Source of the DNA: Vicugna vicugna
Lineage: Eukaryota
NCBI GenBank assembly: GCA_013265495.1
Contig: MU057989.1
Location: forward strand, 1 to 64,000
Length of the DNA: 64,000 bases
Direction: 5' to 3'
Shown here: one piece after another, positions 12,487 through 31,312 of the stretch
Position numbering within the stretch: position 1 is the first letter of the stretch
Layout: every line of letters starts with the position of its first letter
Program-made: the position numbers and the translations under genes
Notes under the pieces: generated by a model
Told to the model about the DNA's origin: nothing
Databases searched by the model: none
Seen by the model: only the letters and a program-made list of their open reading frames with translations

Positions 12487-13949
12487 CCCTCCTGGGCCCT
12501 GTGGGCCCCTGTCCAGAAGGGAGGAGCAGGGGAACAGGAAATAGCTGGAACGTGGGAGCTCTTCCTGGGGGAATCCCCAGAGCCATCCTGGGGGAGGCTC
12601 CCGGACATGCTGAGTTTATTTTCTTGGCTCTGTGGCCTACACAAACAACATGAGATGTGAGAGGCATTTATCTGTTACCTCTGGGTCTCTGTCCTCTGCA
12701 CCCAGACTTGACCTTGACTTTGGAAGTAGGGGAGTTTTCTGAGAGCCTTTTCCAGCTTGATCAAAAAGTTTTCAACCCCAGGGGGATGTAGAGGTCCTCT
12801 GTGCCCAGAAGCTTCATGGAGCTCAGGCCCCCTGCCTCTTGCAGAACCCAGTTCAGGGCCTTATCAGTCCTGGGCAAAGCCTTGTGTGCCCTTGGATTTC
12901 CCCCTAACCCTCAGAAAGTCGGAGTGGACAGTGCAGTTCTTTGCACCTGGTGCCATGTGGTGGAGACACCCCAGATGCTGGCCTTTCATGGCCTGTCACT
13001 GGCAGACATCTGGGATCTCTCCTTTGTGCTGTGTCTCAAAGTTGCTGGGGGTGAAATGGATTTAGTGTGCTATGAGGTGACAGGCAGCTAGGATGTGCTG
13101 ACAGGAGGCAAAGCAGATGGGGGAGAGGGCGATTCTCTAGGCCCGTTCTTCTGAGAGCTCATGGGGACAGGATGAGAGGTCAGACTTTATCTGGGAGATA
13201 ACAGGTGCTTCTTGAGGGCTCCTGATCTGGGGACCCTGCTGGTGCAGCACGTCCAGGCTTTCTGTGATTGGATGGAGCTAAGGATGTCAGCAGGGCCCCC
13301 CTGGCCATTGAGAAGAGCCACAGGGTCACAATCATCAACCAAGGGTGTGATTGTGGGTGTGGAGCTGGATCAGATCAGGTTGGAATACTGGCTTCCTGCT
13401 TTCTAGGCACACCCTTTGGGGAGCTCAAGTCACCTCCGTGTGCTTCAACTGTCCCCTCTAATGTAAGCAGACAGCAATAGAAGCTCCTTGCAAGGTACTC
13501 TGAGAATTCACTGAGATCCTTCTCCATCCAAGGGCCTGAACACTCAACCCTTTATGCCTCCAGGCAGGTGCGCAGGATGTTCTTTAATCAGATTTTGGAA
13601 TCGCCTAAGATTAGAAACAACAGACCTGTCCCCTAGGCTGCATGAATGGTGTCCTCGCTGTGGTGGAGAAATGCACAGGCTTGGAGAAAGGAATGCATCC
13701 CCTAGGCTGTGCTGATGCGTTGCCATAGGAGACAGGCTGGGTGTGGACTAGAGTGTCCAGAACACCGCATTTGGTTACAGGGAGCAGAGGTACAGAGTAT
13801 GGCCTGGCAAGTTTACAGCCTCACTTGGGAAGTGCTGGCTCACCAGGAGCTGGGGACACTGCCCTCATCAGGAGAGCAGCACTGTGGGGTCTGGGGTTGA
13901 CAGGAGAAGGCCCTGTCTACTGGCCCTCCGTTCCTTACATCAGGGACCT

Positions 13950-14235
13950 AGGCCAGGGGTCAGCACACTATGGCCCACAGGCCAGTTTGCCTGTTTTTAC
14001 ACAACCCATGAGCTGATAATGCTGTCTATATTTGTAAATGATTATTTAAAAATTCAAAAGAAGAATTGTGACAAGTGAAATACCCTGAAATTCCAATGGC
14101 ATTGCCCATAAATATGTTATTGCCCATTTATTTGCATATTGTCTGGGGCTGCATCCAAGCAGCAAAGGCAAAGCTGGCCACTTGTGACAGGACTTTATGA
14201 CCAAGAATACATAAAACGTGTGGCCCTTCACCCAC
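13950..14235. mobile_element. MER58-like hAT element
   Basis: 'caggggtcagcacactatggcccacaggccag...tggcccttcac'. Confidence 0.6.
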
Positions 14236-16114
14236 AAAGTCAGGATCACCAGTGGATCCCTATTCCCTACCCTGAAACGGATGCAGCCCTGTCCATGGTG
14301 CTGGCGGCAGGGAATGGGGAGAGGGGGTTTATAACGGGCTTCATTTAACAACCAGCCTTGAGTGGGGAGAAGAGAGCAGAGAGGAGCTTTATCCAGAAAG
14401 CTGCACCCTTTCTTCTGGCCCTGCACTGGTCTCCCTGGAAGAGAGACTTAGGGACTTAGGCTCCCACTGATTCATGTTGCAAAGATGAGAGCCCCACACC
14501 CTGTTCTCCAAAGCTCTTCACCCTACCCCCAGGGGCCTTCAGCCTAATAAATACAGCAGAGGGTGGGCTGGAAACAGCAGGGTCAGCAGGCTGCAGAGGG
14601 ACAGAGAACCCCTCCTGAGGCCCTGGAGTCTCCTGGGAAGGCGCAGGCGGAAGAGACCTAGGACTTTGGCAGATACAACTCCTGCAGGAAGGGGGCCAGG
14701 GGTCTCACAAAGGAGGCTTGTGTTCTTGTCCCAGCCCAGCCTCTTTTTCTGGCAATGCTGCCAGTTCAGATGCTATCCTTTCAGCTGCAGGCTGCCAGGG
14801 TTTGTCGCTCAGAATGAAAGTCTGTCTGGACCAGGACTCCAGGAAGCAGTCCCTGACATAGGAATTAGAGGAAGAGACAGTTGCCAGTCTGGACAAAGAG
14901 AGGATGACAGGACTTGCCCAAGGGCACACAGGAGGCACATTTTCATAGAGTACATGACGAGCATGCTTATAATGAATGCACATGTATACACATGCATTCA
15001 AAATGAAGATGTGCACCATGGCTCAATGTGGATGAACCCTAAAACACACACAGCTGCCCAGCTATCCCCACACACAGGGGCTTGCACTAGCCCGAGACAC
15101 CCATGCACACCTATGCTAGAGCTTTTGCACCTGAAGAAGCCCCACCCCCTCGTCCACCCTGGCCCAGTGCTGGCCCTAAGCCTGCATGGGAGACTCAACA
15201 TAGGCCCTTTGTCCCCTGGGATCAGAGCTCCCCAGGAGGGGATTTATAAGCATTTTAATCATAATCCCCTCTCTGGGCATACCTTGGACCTCACTCTGCC
15301 AGGTTCCTAGAACAACTGGAATTCCTTCTGGTAGAGGCAGACACTGGCCAGTCTGGCTTGTGGGTCAGAGTTGGGTCAGGGTTGACACCTCTTGTCTCCC
15401 TGTCCCTGGCTGTGGGGCTTGGGAAGACCCCCCTGCAGCCTGAGACACAGCAGATAAGAGGGCCTCCATCCCAGCCCACTCAAAGCTGGCTGACCCCTTC
15501 CTGCAGCCCTCTGGAGGAAGCCCTCAGCCTCACTCAGAGGCTGGATCCTATGTCCCTGGCTCTGGTTTGGGGGCAAGTCTGGCAGGGCTCAGACTCCTGG
15601 GGTGAGGTGGGGGTACTGGCTCCTTTACATGGTCTCATCTGATGCCTTAGACCCTAGGAATCAGATGGAGGATCCTGCTGAGTGAGGGAGGAATATCAGA
15701 AGGGAAGAGGCATTTCTGTCGCAGTCCCAAGGGAAGTCCAAAGCTGGCCTTTGTGCATGAGTCTGCTTTTGGGTGGCTGCTGCCAAACAAGGAGGCCCAC
15801 CCTAAGGGGACAGCTTGGCTGTGCATGTCTGAAACCCTCAACTCTCCCCCATTTACTCACTCATTCAAAATCTCCTTGGATACCATGCTTTAAGCAAAAC
15901 ATTTTTCTCCACTTTTCCCCAGGAGAGACTCAATGCATTTATTGGAAAGCCAAGACACACAACCACACATTGCATCTAATCTTTTATGTAATTAAAATTC
16001 AATTAGAGCAAGTGTTGAAAATAAAATGAACTATACCCAAGGGTCAAATTGAGAGAGGCAGGATATCCAGGTTCCAGTTCCCCGAGGCTGCCCTGGCACA
16101 AGTGTTTATACCTG

Positions 16115-16265
16115 GTGTACACGTCTGCGTGGGCTGCTGTAACAAATGCTGCAGACGAGGGGACTTAAATAACGGAGGTTTATTTCTCACAGTTCTGAAA
16201 GCTGAAGTCCAAGATCAAGGCTCCGAGTCAAGAGTCTGTTCTTGGTGAGGGCTCGATTTCTGGTT
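16115..16265 (-). mobile_element. MLT1 (MaLR) LTR fragment
   Basis: 'gggctgctgtaacaaatg...ttatttctcacagttctgaaagctgaagtccaagatcaagg'. Confidence 0.75.
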
Positions 16266-17814
16266 CAACCCACTACAGGGAGTTACCCAAATAGCCTGAG
16301 ATGTTCCTGGAAGCCCCTCATGAATCCCAGATCTGCTGTATCCTGCCTCCAAGACCCTAGACCCACTGAGTCTATTAACTGTCAACTCAACCCCATCTGC
16401 CTCCCCTTTTGTAAGGCTCCACCACATCGCGGGGATCCAGCATTCCTAGAGAATTCTTCTCTTTGTAAATTTTGTGTTGTTTTCTAGGGTTTGGAGGTAA
16501 CTGGGAGAAGCAGACACAAGTGTCTAGGCCTCCATGCTGACGCACACTATTACCCATCCTTCCATCTGCCTGTCCTTGAACTTGCCTTTCCAAACAGACT
16601 ACTGAAATAATGTTCAAACGAAACTAGGGTTATTTCCAGATGGTGGGATTTGGAACATTTTTCTATTTCTTTTTGTTTTTTGTATTGCTTTGATTTTTTA
16701 ATAAGATTGTACTAATTTTACAAAGATAGAATGATTATTCTTTTTTAAAATGAGATATACTTTTTAACTTGTAAGTTCTCAGAAGATATAAATGTGGAAG
16801 CCCTCAGTGTCAAGAACAGTGTGGGAAGTGGGTGCCTCTTACTTTCCTGGCAGAGTGGACTGGGCACTTTCTCCTGGTTTAAAAACCTCAAAAACATGAA
16901 GCCGTTTGACTAAAGCATTGCACCCATAGAAAAGTTATCCTAAGAAATAGTTAGGAAGGTGTGCCAAGATTTATAAATGAAGATTTGTCCACCACTAGGA
17001 GGTTGATTACAAGCTTGGTTCTGGTGATTTTAAGTTTCTTCTTGACATTCCTTTTGCTGACTTTCATTTTCTAACAAGAATGCATTACTTTGATAATACT
17101 CGTAAAGCCATTTTTCCTTTGCTAAGAAGTCTGGTTCTGCAGAACAATTTCTCCCATCATCTGAAACACCTGTCCAGGGCAGTGGCATGATGAGGCTGAT
17201 GAGAATGGACAGATGAGCTGCCCCAGGCAGGGCACATGCCAATTCTTCCAGCCACAATCCACCTCTCACATTAGAAGGAAAAGCAAGCCCCCTTTTTAGG
17301 CAGATGGTCTGGTGGCTCATAAGACTCAACAAGGGAGAGGCTCCTGGGGTAAAGAAAAATGGAGGCCCCTCCATGAAGAAGGACTCTACACAGAGAGCCT
17401 GAGCAGCTGGAGACAGAATGGGGTGACGGCAACGGGGAGGCGAGGAGTGGAGGTGGGGGCAGAGTTATCACAACATAGAAATAAGTTCATGGACATAAGC
17501 ATTGCTTCAGGCACCTTAATTCCCTGCATTTCCATCTACCTGCTTTATTTAGTAAACATCCAATGAGGAAATAAGGACACCAGGCCGTTTCCCCACTTCT
17601 AGATGGACACCTGGACCCGCTGAGCAGCCTGGTCTCAGCTAACCTGCGCCCCCTCGTGTCGGATTTGGCACATGGCAGGGACAGGTGCTGAAAGGAAGCG
17701 AGGCTTTACTGAAGAAAAATTCCACCTGAGAAGATGGAGGCTGTCGGATCAGGGGATCCTAAAAGAGAGACCAGGGGAACTGACAGGATCCTAGAGACGG
17801 TGGGGCAGCCTCTC

Positions 17815-18068
17815 ACACGGCCCTGGTGAAATTCCTCAAAAGCGAGGGTCCCCTGGTCAAGTAAGTCTGGGGAACGCTGCCTGCTGTATCTCCTCTTCCA
17901 GATTTCTGCCGCGTTTTAGCATATCAAAGTCATTGAAAAGGTCTACATCAAAGAAACCAGTTTAACTTTCCCCAAAGTCTGTGATCATAGAATCCTTTCA
18001 CAAATGAAGTGCATTAACATCCCTGGGAAATAACATTCCAAAGGAACGCACTTTGGGAACACGGCTCA
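17815..18068. mobile_element. MER103C-like hAT fragment
   Basis: 'aaagaaaccagtttaactttccccaaag...ggaacgcactttgggaac'. Confidence 0.55.
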
Positions 18069-19914
18069 GGAGGAACCATGGTTGAGGAGGAGGGCTGGGC
18101 TGCTCCAGGATCAATTTGGAGGAGACGTGAGACGGAGATCCTGGCTCAGTTCTCATGCCGGGGCCTCAGGGGTCGGGAGGCCGGTCAGATGATGATTGTG
18201 GTGGTGATAGCAAATGCGTCGTGCTTACTCTAGACCAGGTATTATTCTAAGCACTTTATCTATTAACTCATATCATTCTGACAGTCTAGAAGGCAGGTAT
18301 ACATTTTTATATACGAAAAGAAATGAAGCTGAACCCTCATCCGTTGCTTGTGGGAAAACAAAATTGGTACTCTCCGGCCGCTGCACGCTTTGGGACACGT
18401 TTAAATCAAAATAACACCTTCACGGCCACCCACGGGGGTTGGGGGGAGGGTCACCTGAAGCCCCGAGGGAATTGACCCTTCAAATGCGAGAAGGCCTCCT
18501 GAGAGGATGAAGGAACACAGACCCACTTGTCTCAGGTGAGATTCCTCAGAGGTAGATGCTGAGGGGGATCAGGTGCGAGGAAGGGAGGGCCAGGGCGGGG
18601 TGAGCACGGCGGGGTGGCTGGCTGCAGCCCCCTTCTCATTCTGAAAGAAGGGCACCGCCCAGAGCCCAAGGGATCCGGCCTGGGCTGGAGGCAGCCGGGC
18701 TGGGGGCAGGGTTCCTCCTCTGGCTCCGCCCCCAGCGCCTGGCAAAGTTGACGTGGGGATTTCCTCTCAGGGCCAGGAGAGGGCGCAGTTCCAAATGAGC
18801 CGCCTGGGAAGGGCAGAGCCCTTTGGGCACAACCCCTTCCCACCTACCCCCCTGCCCTCCACACCAACCTTGTGTGGGAGACCCCCGAGGAGGAGAGTCA
18901 GGGAGAGGTGAGGCCTTCAGAGGCCATCCGGAACTTTGTGCAGGGGGTCACCCCAGGAATCCCCATGGGGCCAGAATTAGTCCCCACCCTGCTCAGCCAA
19001 GAGATCGGGTCAATCCTGCCTTGCCCAGCCCTGCCCAGCCTGGCTCCCAGCACTAGCCTGCCCTGGGAACCCGAAAAGAAGCGAGGCATGACTATTTCTT
19101 GGTTTTGTGCACTTCTTTGTTGACTGGACATTCTTCCCAATTAGGAGGTGACTTTTTCAAGGGCAGGCCAGGGTCTGTTTGGGTCATTCATGCGTCACCA
19201 GCTCTGGAAGATAGGATTCCACTCCCACCCCCACCACACCCCATAGCAGGCCCCGTGCTGGGCTTGGGGATCCTCAGCCTGGGTTCCGTGTCCCCTCGGG
19301 CCCTGGCTGTCCTGTTCTGCTCCCCCACATCCCCATGTCCCAGGTGCCCTCACCATGTGTGGCCACCAGGCTGGGCCTGCCCGTCTTCCTGGTGTTGACT
19401 CTGATGCTCCTGCGCCCGACCCCTGCCAGCCCTACAGGCTCCTGGCCCGGCCCAGGTCCTGGTACTGGTTCTCAGAAAGGGACAAGTCAAGGGTCTCTCA
19501 TCCCCTCCTGTTCGCACCGTGTCCTGACGGCTGGGCCTGGGCGAACATGACTGGGCCCTACTGCCCATCTTCCAGGACCTTCCTCCACCCTCCTGTTCCC
19601 CTGCCCCGGCCTGATGGCTGATTCTGGCCCCACAGGGAGCTTCCCTGTCCTCCCAGGACAGCACTGCGGGGCTCTCACATGAGCCTCCCAGCCCACTGGG
19701 GCTGAGATGCGGTCCCCTGGTACTTCTGCCTTAGTTTTTCCTTTTCTGACATCCCAGGGAGCTGTGCCTCTGCGGGTAGATCCCACTGAGGGCTCCCTCT
19801 CTCCACCCTTCTCCTGTCCTCAGGTCACCCCTGAACCCTAAATCTGCCCCAACTGACGCATGTTGGGTCTGATGCCTGGCGGATCTGGGTCTTAAAGTTT
19901 GTGGGCTAGAATTC

Positions 19915-20290
19915 TGACAAGTACCTAAACTGAGCTAAAAATCCAGGTGTTGGTGGGATGAGTACATTTCTGGAAGCTATGGGGGAATCCATTTCCTTCC
20001 TTTTTCCAGATTCTAGAGTCCACCCTCATTCCTTGGCTCATGACCCTTCCTCCATCAGCAAAGCCAGCAGTGGCAGATGGTGCCTTCCCACATCACATCA
20101 CTCTGCCTTCCTCCTCCGGCTCCTTCTGGTATTAAGGACCCTGTGATACACTGGCCCACCCAGATAATCAGGGATAATCTCATCTCCTACCCTGAAGTCT
20201 GCAGAATCCCTTTGCCACATGAAGTAATCTGTTCACAGTTTCCGGAGATTAGGAAACAGACATCCTTGAGTTCCATTATTTTCCTCGTAC
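19915..20290 (-). mobile_element. MLT1 LTR fragment
   Basis: 'gggggaatccatttccttccttttccagattctagag...ggcccacccagataatcagggataatctc...ttcacagtttccggagattagg'. Confidence 0.75.
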
Positions 20291-22334
20291 AGGTAACGTC
20301 CTTGGAGAGGGCGGGTAGGAGATAAACCTTCTAAGCTTTCCTGCCTGGGAATGACAAAATCTTGCCTTTCGTTGATGGTTTGCTGGGTTTAGAATTTTAA
20401 ATCTAAAGTAATTTTCTCTCAGACCTTGGAAGACCTAGCTGTATCACTTTCTAGTGTCCGATTCTAGAAAATTAGCGTTCTATTGTTACTAATAGTAGTG
20501 GTCCTGAAATTTTTACTTAGAATTGGTGCATGAACAATAGTTTGGCTGGAAGTAGGTGGCTTGAATCTGCAGCTGTGAGAGTCTCTTCTGGGAGCCTGTG
20601 AAAATATCGCTCGTCCAAACCACACCCAACTGTATTCTTGTTTTGGTTTTCTGATTACAAAAGTAAGTGGCTAAAGGGAAAATCTGGAAAGGACTAACAG
20701 GTATAAAAAAGGTGGTAATCCCAGGGGTAACAAGTGTTGATATTTTAGTGTCTCTATACGGGTACCCAGCTCTCCGTACAATAAAATATATACAACACTC
20801 TGAATTGTGTTTCCATTTAGAACCTGCCAGAAATACTTCAATTTCTCTGTAATTATTCTATGAAACATTTGTCAAAAGGGAAATAATAATCTTAGGGGCT
20901 GTCCAAAGATCTGTTTTGGCTTTCTACAACTTTTTGGAGAAAAAGAAAAGGAAGAGGAAAAAAATGTAGGAGTGGTGCCACCCATAATATGTGCTGAAAA
21001 ATAACGAGCATGAGCTCAATAAACTGATAAGTAACCTATAAAAAACGAGGCAAAAAAAGCATCTTATGACTCAACAGGATGAAGCTGCCGGTTTAACTGT
21101 CTTAGCAAATTTGAGAACAAAAGAAAGGCCCTGTTAACCCTGGACAGTGGGAAAACATACCATAGGACATTGGTCACTTAGCTACCTCCCACCCCCGTCA
21201 GATAGGGTCCACCACGTCCCCACCATGCACGTCCCCCCGGCGGTCGTGCACTCCCAGCTTCAGTTGTAGCGGGACAGGCAATTCCACTTGCAAACCAGGT
21301 CAGCGCCCACTGGCCAGTGATGGGGTCCCGGCTGGGGGCGGTGCAGCCCTTGTGTCCAGGAGTGCCCGAGGCCACTCTCTGGGGGCTGGGTCACCTTTTT
21401 GGTGGAAAGCAGCTGGAATGTGAATGCTGAAGGTTCCAGGACCAGGTGCTGTGGGGTGATAAACCCTGAGTTTCCCCACCTAGGAAAGGCCCTCCCCCAT
21501 CACTCCTACCTGAAGCTCCCCAATTGCCTTCCCAGGTCAGCTGGAGAGGTCTTACCATCTTTGGCCTGTCCCAGGACAAGTACAGGGAGTGAGGGCAGTG
21601 GCCACTGGGGTCGAGGGTTGCCCCTGCCTGTGCTTACCCAGCTCCCGGGGCTCCGTGTGCACCAGCTAGGCCCATGGTTACCTGGGTCTGTGCCGAAGAT
21701 GACTGCAGTGGCCCCGGGACAGAGTATCGAGGGGTTCACTGTCTCCCCAGCCTTGGGCACCGATTTCCAGTGGGGTCGCTGGATGTCTTCACCGAGTGGG
21801 CCTGCTGTGTCACTCACAGGGAGAGCATGTGCTACTCGGTCCCACTATGGCCTCGTGCGCCAAGCCTGCAGGCTGAGGGCCCTCCATGTGGGAAAGCCCA
21901 CGTTAGTGATAAACTGTGACAGTCGGCCTGGAGGGCTGTAAAGGGGGTGATGAGCAGGAGTGATGGGGTGGAGGGAGCAGCAAGCCCCCAAAAAGAGACA
22001 AGGTCTCAACTGAGGCCTGGAGGAAGGCAGGAGTCAACCAGGAAAGAGAGGAACATTCTAGACCAAGGGAGCAGCACCTGTAAGGATGGAGGCGGCCAGA
22101 GCAGAGTGGGGACATAGTGACGGGGGTGATGGAAGGGGGGCCCTGCAGGGGTGGGGTGCCCGCTGGGCCAGGACCCTAGGAGCACTGGGAAGCAGTCAGG
22201 GGTGCTGAGCTGCCAGGCGGGGAGTGGAGACTTCCATCTGGTTTGGGGGTCGCCCACCAGCATTCACCCACCCTCCCTGTTTGGGGAACCAGGCCTCCTC
22301 CTGGGGCTCACAGGTGAGTAAGGAGGATGGGCGC

Positions 22335-23237
22335 TGTGGGTGGGGAGCAAGGGCAGATCTAGACTGACGAGAGCCCCTCACGCCTTCCTGCACTCACAGC
22401 GCTCGTGGATCTGGTGAAAATGCAGAGCTGCTTGGATAGTTCTGAGGTGCCTGAGTCAGCCCCGCAGGCCTGGTCCCTTGGCTGTGCTGAGGCTGGGTTC
22501 TGGGACCCCAAATTGGAGTGGGGCACAGACACTCTGGATGCTGCCCCCTCCACCCAGGCAACCTTGTGAAGCTTGGAGCCCCCACGCCCCCAGGACAACC
22601 CTCAACCTCAGGGAGTCAGGAGACGCAGTCTCACCCGGGTCCTTGTCCTCCTCGGGCGATGCTGAGGCGCGTCCCCGCGGTTTCTCAGGGGCCCCCAGCC
22701 AGACTGCACCTCAGGTACCCACAAGGGTAACCTCCACATCTGGGCCTCACTGGTTTCGTCCCTCCTTGCCTCAGTTTGCCCACTCTTCCCTCGGGCTTCT
22801 TGGCATCACCTCCCAAATAAACTACCTGCACCCCCATCCTGGTCCCAGGTCAGCCTTTGGGGGACCGTGGCAAGACCAGGAGCGTCTGCATCTGTGTGAT
22901 GGGGAACAAGGCAGGAGCGCTAGGAGTGCTGGGGGTGTTTCCTCACAGCACCCCCACTCCAGCCTCCCTAGCCCCCAGGGACCCTGGTGCTGCTACTGTC
23001 CTTCCATAAATGATCTTTCTGATTGAACTAACCTGAGAGGGTTCTGTTGTTTGCAACCCAGACCTATACAGTGCAGATGGGTGGACAATGACTTAGGAGT
23101 TAAGGAGTGATCTTGGGGTGGACGGGACCTGGGTGACCATGAGGGTGTCCAGGAAGCCACCTGGGTCCACAGAAAGCTCTGCAAGGCATCGACTTGAACA
23201 CGCACATATGTTTATTACAAAGGAGACAGAAGGGGAC
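22335..23237 (-). repeat. Outer inverted-repeat arm A (PRSS21 3' UTR/flank; contains an MLT1J/K-like LTR)
   Basis: Reverse complement of 46939-47840 (coordinate sum ~70176) with scattered substitutions. ORFs 22993-23205(-) and 46971-47183(+) are nearly identical. Confidence 0.92.
23211..23216 (-). terminator. PRSS21 polyadenylation signal
   Basis: tttatt, ~70 nt after the stop codon. Confidence 0.75.
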
Positions 23238-23286
23238 AGGCCTGACTCAGCAGATGGCCCCAGCTCCCAGGGGACACCTGTTGGGC

Positions 23287-27951
<4,665 letters not shown>

Positions 27952-30559
27952 GTTGCCAAGTCCTCCCTGAGTGCCGATAGAGGCCGAATTCTGTTGAGGT
28001 GAGCCAGGAGGAGAATATCCCGCACAAACATTTCTTGGGGAAATGATGATCTTCGGTCCGGTCCCTCCCTGAGCTGGTCTCAGGCTAGTCCCCGCCAGGC
28101 CAGGCTGCCCCCTAGCGGCAGGTCCCAGCCCTTTATATCACCCTCCTCGAGATTAAACCTTGCAAGTTGTAACCAACTTTCATGAACTTTCTTGCCCCAG
28201 ATCCAGAGGGGGAAGGAAATTCCCAGAGAAAGGAAACGAGAGGCATCACTAGGTTGTTCACCCAGGGCCCTGGAGATTGGTGACTCTACAGATGGGGCCT
28301 GGGAGGGCTGTGCCTGCTGGGTGCCCCTCTGTGTGTCCTGAACACTATCAGGGGCATGGTGAGGTTCATGGAGTGAACAGTCCCTCAGCGTTGGATTCTG
28401 GGGGGTCCCTCCAGGCAGTAAGCCAGTGTGGACTTGCAGGAGTATCCCCAGGGGAGCCCTGGGTCTCCAGCCCAGCCTGGCAGCACCCTCAGCAGGGCCT
28501 GGGTGGTGAGTACCAAGGGAATTAGCTGCTGGAGGCTGGAGCAGACAGAGCCAGAGACCTTGCCTGGTGGAGAAGAGAGGGTTCTCAGATGGTGTCCTTG
28601 ACCCAGGGCACCTTGGGGGAGATTTGGGGGAGATGCGAGGTGCTCAGTGACTATGGAAACTTCTCCAGAGAGTGAAGCTGACCTGTTACCACACCTTGAT
28701 TTCACACACTGCAGAAGTGTCAGGGGCATGGGCTTTGGCTGCTGGACTCAGGGACAGACTAGGTCGCTGGGTGGGACAGAGGATTAAGTTTTCCCCTAAG
28801 ATGGGCCCCCTCTGTGGCCTTTGGCACTGCAGCACTTGTGCCTGACCCACCCCCTGTGAGCTCCCTGGATCAGGGATAAGTGTGGCTTCTTGCATGAGAC
28901 ACAGTGCCAGCTACCACCTCCTGGTGCTGTAGGGAGGGGCCAGGAACTCCTCCTCCACCGCAAACGGAAGGATCACTTAAGCCACAGGTTCTGCGCAAAT
29001 CCTCCAGGCGGCCCCCCGCCCTTGAGGGCCTCTTCCTCCAGCTCTCTCCTCCCTATGACCACCTGCCTGTCCCCTCCTCTTACTGTCCTTTCCTAGTGAA
29101 CACCAAGCTTGCTGCAGCCTTGGGGTGGCCTCTCCGTGCGGACTCCTCTCCTAGGTGGTCACACAATGGGCTTCTTCTCTCCACTCAAGTCTCAGCACTA
29201 ATGTCACCTCCTCAGCAAGGCATTCCCTGCCCCCGCCCATCTAAAGCAAATCCCATATGCCCCCATTGACTGTCTTTCTCACTGACCTGTTGCATTTTCT
29301 TCCTAGAACTTAGCAATATCCAAAAGGATCTTGTTTGGTCATTTGTGTGTGTAGCTGTCAGCTGCCTGCAAGGGCTGTGTGTGACACACCTGGTGAATGT
29401 TTGTGGAACTGAAGGGCTGATGGAGGACAAAAGGAAGGAAGGCACCAGGAGGGAAAATGAAGGAGAAAAAGGAAGGATGCAGGGATGCTGTTGGCAGAGC
29501 ATCCCTGGAGAGGATGGGAAGGGGAAGGGACTCTGGCTCAGGAGGTTCCAGTGGTCACCATCAGAGAGGCAGCTGCAGGTCTCCTGGCCCAGGAGGAAGA
29601 CTGTGGAGGGGGCATCAGGACGAGGCCAGTGGCAAGGAGTGTCCCTGAGCATGGACTTCACCAGGTTGCCCCTCAATACCCCTAGGTGGCTGTCAGCTCT
29701 TTGGAATCAAGAGGCAGGGTCTGCAAGTCTCGGGAAAGCCCTCAGAGGTCACCAGGGCCCCCCAGGTAGATGACGGGCTAGCATGTCCTCCTCTCCCTCC
29801 CTCATCCACACTGTCACAGCTGGCTACCACTCCACTGGATCCCCGCAGGAAAAGCTTCCTGGGGACGGTGGGCAACAGCAGTTGGAGTTCACATCCATGG
29901 GGGAGAGGGTCATCCAGGTAAGGGTAGAGGGAGGGGGCTCTCACTCCTCCCCGGTATGTCCCAGCTGATTCCCTAGCATGGCATCCTGGCTCGCATGTTG
30001 GACACAGGAGTGTATGGAGCCTGGTGTGTGTGGTGACTGCAGTGATGTCCCTGGTGTTCAGCCTGTAGCTGTATTCCAGATGCTGGATGATCCTGGAGAC
30101 CAAGCTCAGGCTCCTTTCCTGCAGGGTCGGCCATGGAATCAGCAGCACGCTCTAACATCCAGTCTAGGGGTGGCCCTCCACAGCCACAGCCCCCATCCTC
30201 CTTGCATGGCTGCTCCTCACCGAGCTGCCCCTCAGCCCAACTAGGTCCAGGGACCTGGAGGTGCCTCCCACGCTGGCTGGCCATCAGGATATGACCCTGG
30301 AGACAGCAGTGACAGGGACATGTGTGTCCAGAGAAGGCTCGAGGGAGGGGTGCCCAGGTTCAGGTGAGCTATGTACCAGGGACAGGGCTTTGTGGAGAAA
30401 GCTCTGGAAAGTGACAGGTGAGCTGCAGGGGGTGAAGTGTCCTTGGCGTACTGACCAGGGGAATTAGGAGCAAAATCGCAAGCAGATGGGATACACAGCA
30501 CAGTAGGAGACCTCTAGTCTCTAAATCACTGTGTATTTCCCAGTAGGAGCTCAGAGGAG

Positions 30560-30940
30560 CGCTTCTGTGTGGCTAAGGTTCTTGGCTTTGTTTTTGATGG
30601 AAAAAAAATCTGACATGAAGCAGCACTAAGAGGTGATGTGAGATAAAGCATGCTTTACTTGTAAGAGCCAACAAGGAAAGACGAGATCAACCCAGCTTAG
30701 AAGTGACCCACTCCTCAGGAAAATTGGTTCAAAGGATCCAAGTGTTTGTTTTTCTGGAAAGAAAAGAGATTTCTGGCCCAAAAGGAAAAGCTTCAGGGAT
30801 AGGGATATGGTCACAGTTTGCTTAAGCACATTTGCAGGAATTTCACATTTGATAAGATTTATAGGATATTTGAAAGGGGGACAATTTCCAGGAACATTTT
30901 TTTTTTCTTTTTGAATTGACGATTGTATTTAAAACAGTGT
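30560..30940. mobile_element. Probable ERV LTR fragment inside the PRSS32 pseudogene
   Basis: AT-richer block resembling LTR text ('aaggttcttggctttg...gctttacttgtaagagccaacaagg'). Confidence 0.4.
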
Positions 30941-31312
30941 TGCCATCTCTGCCCTGGGGGCCCACCAGAGGTGCTGGCTCACCCCACAGATGTCCTTCTG
31001 GTCCTGAAGGATGTTGGGCTCCTGGCTGGGGATGCTGACATACTTGTGGTATAGGTGTCCCAAGTCTGGACATCAGTAAAGGGCAGATGGAGCACCTTCA
31101 GGGTGAAGGGTGGAGGGATTCTTGGGAAGCAGAGAGAAGAGCTCAGAGGGGAGGCGGTCACCTCCTGGCTCTCATCCTGCTGGTCCCTACTTGCTCACAT
31201 TCAGGTGGACTGACAGCAAGAAGCCATTTCTGCATGTGGCTCCCCTACTTCCCAGGGAACAGGGCCCTGAGTTTGTGCTCACCAAGCCCAGAGGAACATG
31301 CCAAGGCAGCTT

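Noticed and set aside
14666..15310. 214-aa ORF
   Set aside because: It has a non-ATG start, a low-complexity CA-rich middle and no recognisable family.
29693..30148. ORF with PWPTLQER…LLCP as a PRSS32 exon
   Set aside because: A much better, correctly ordered match for that exon lies at 30983-31120.
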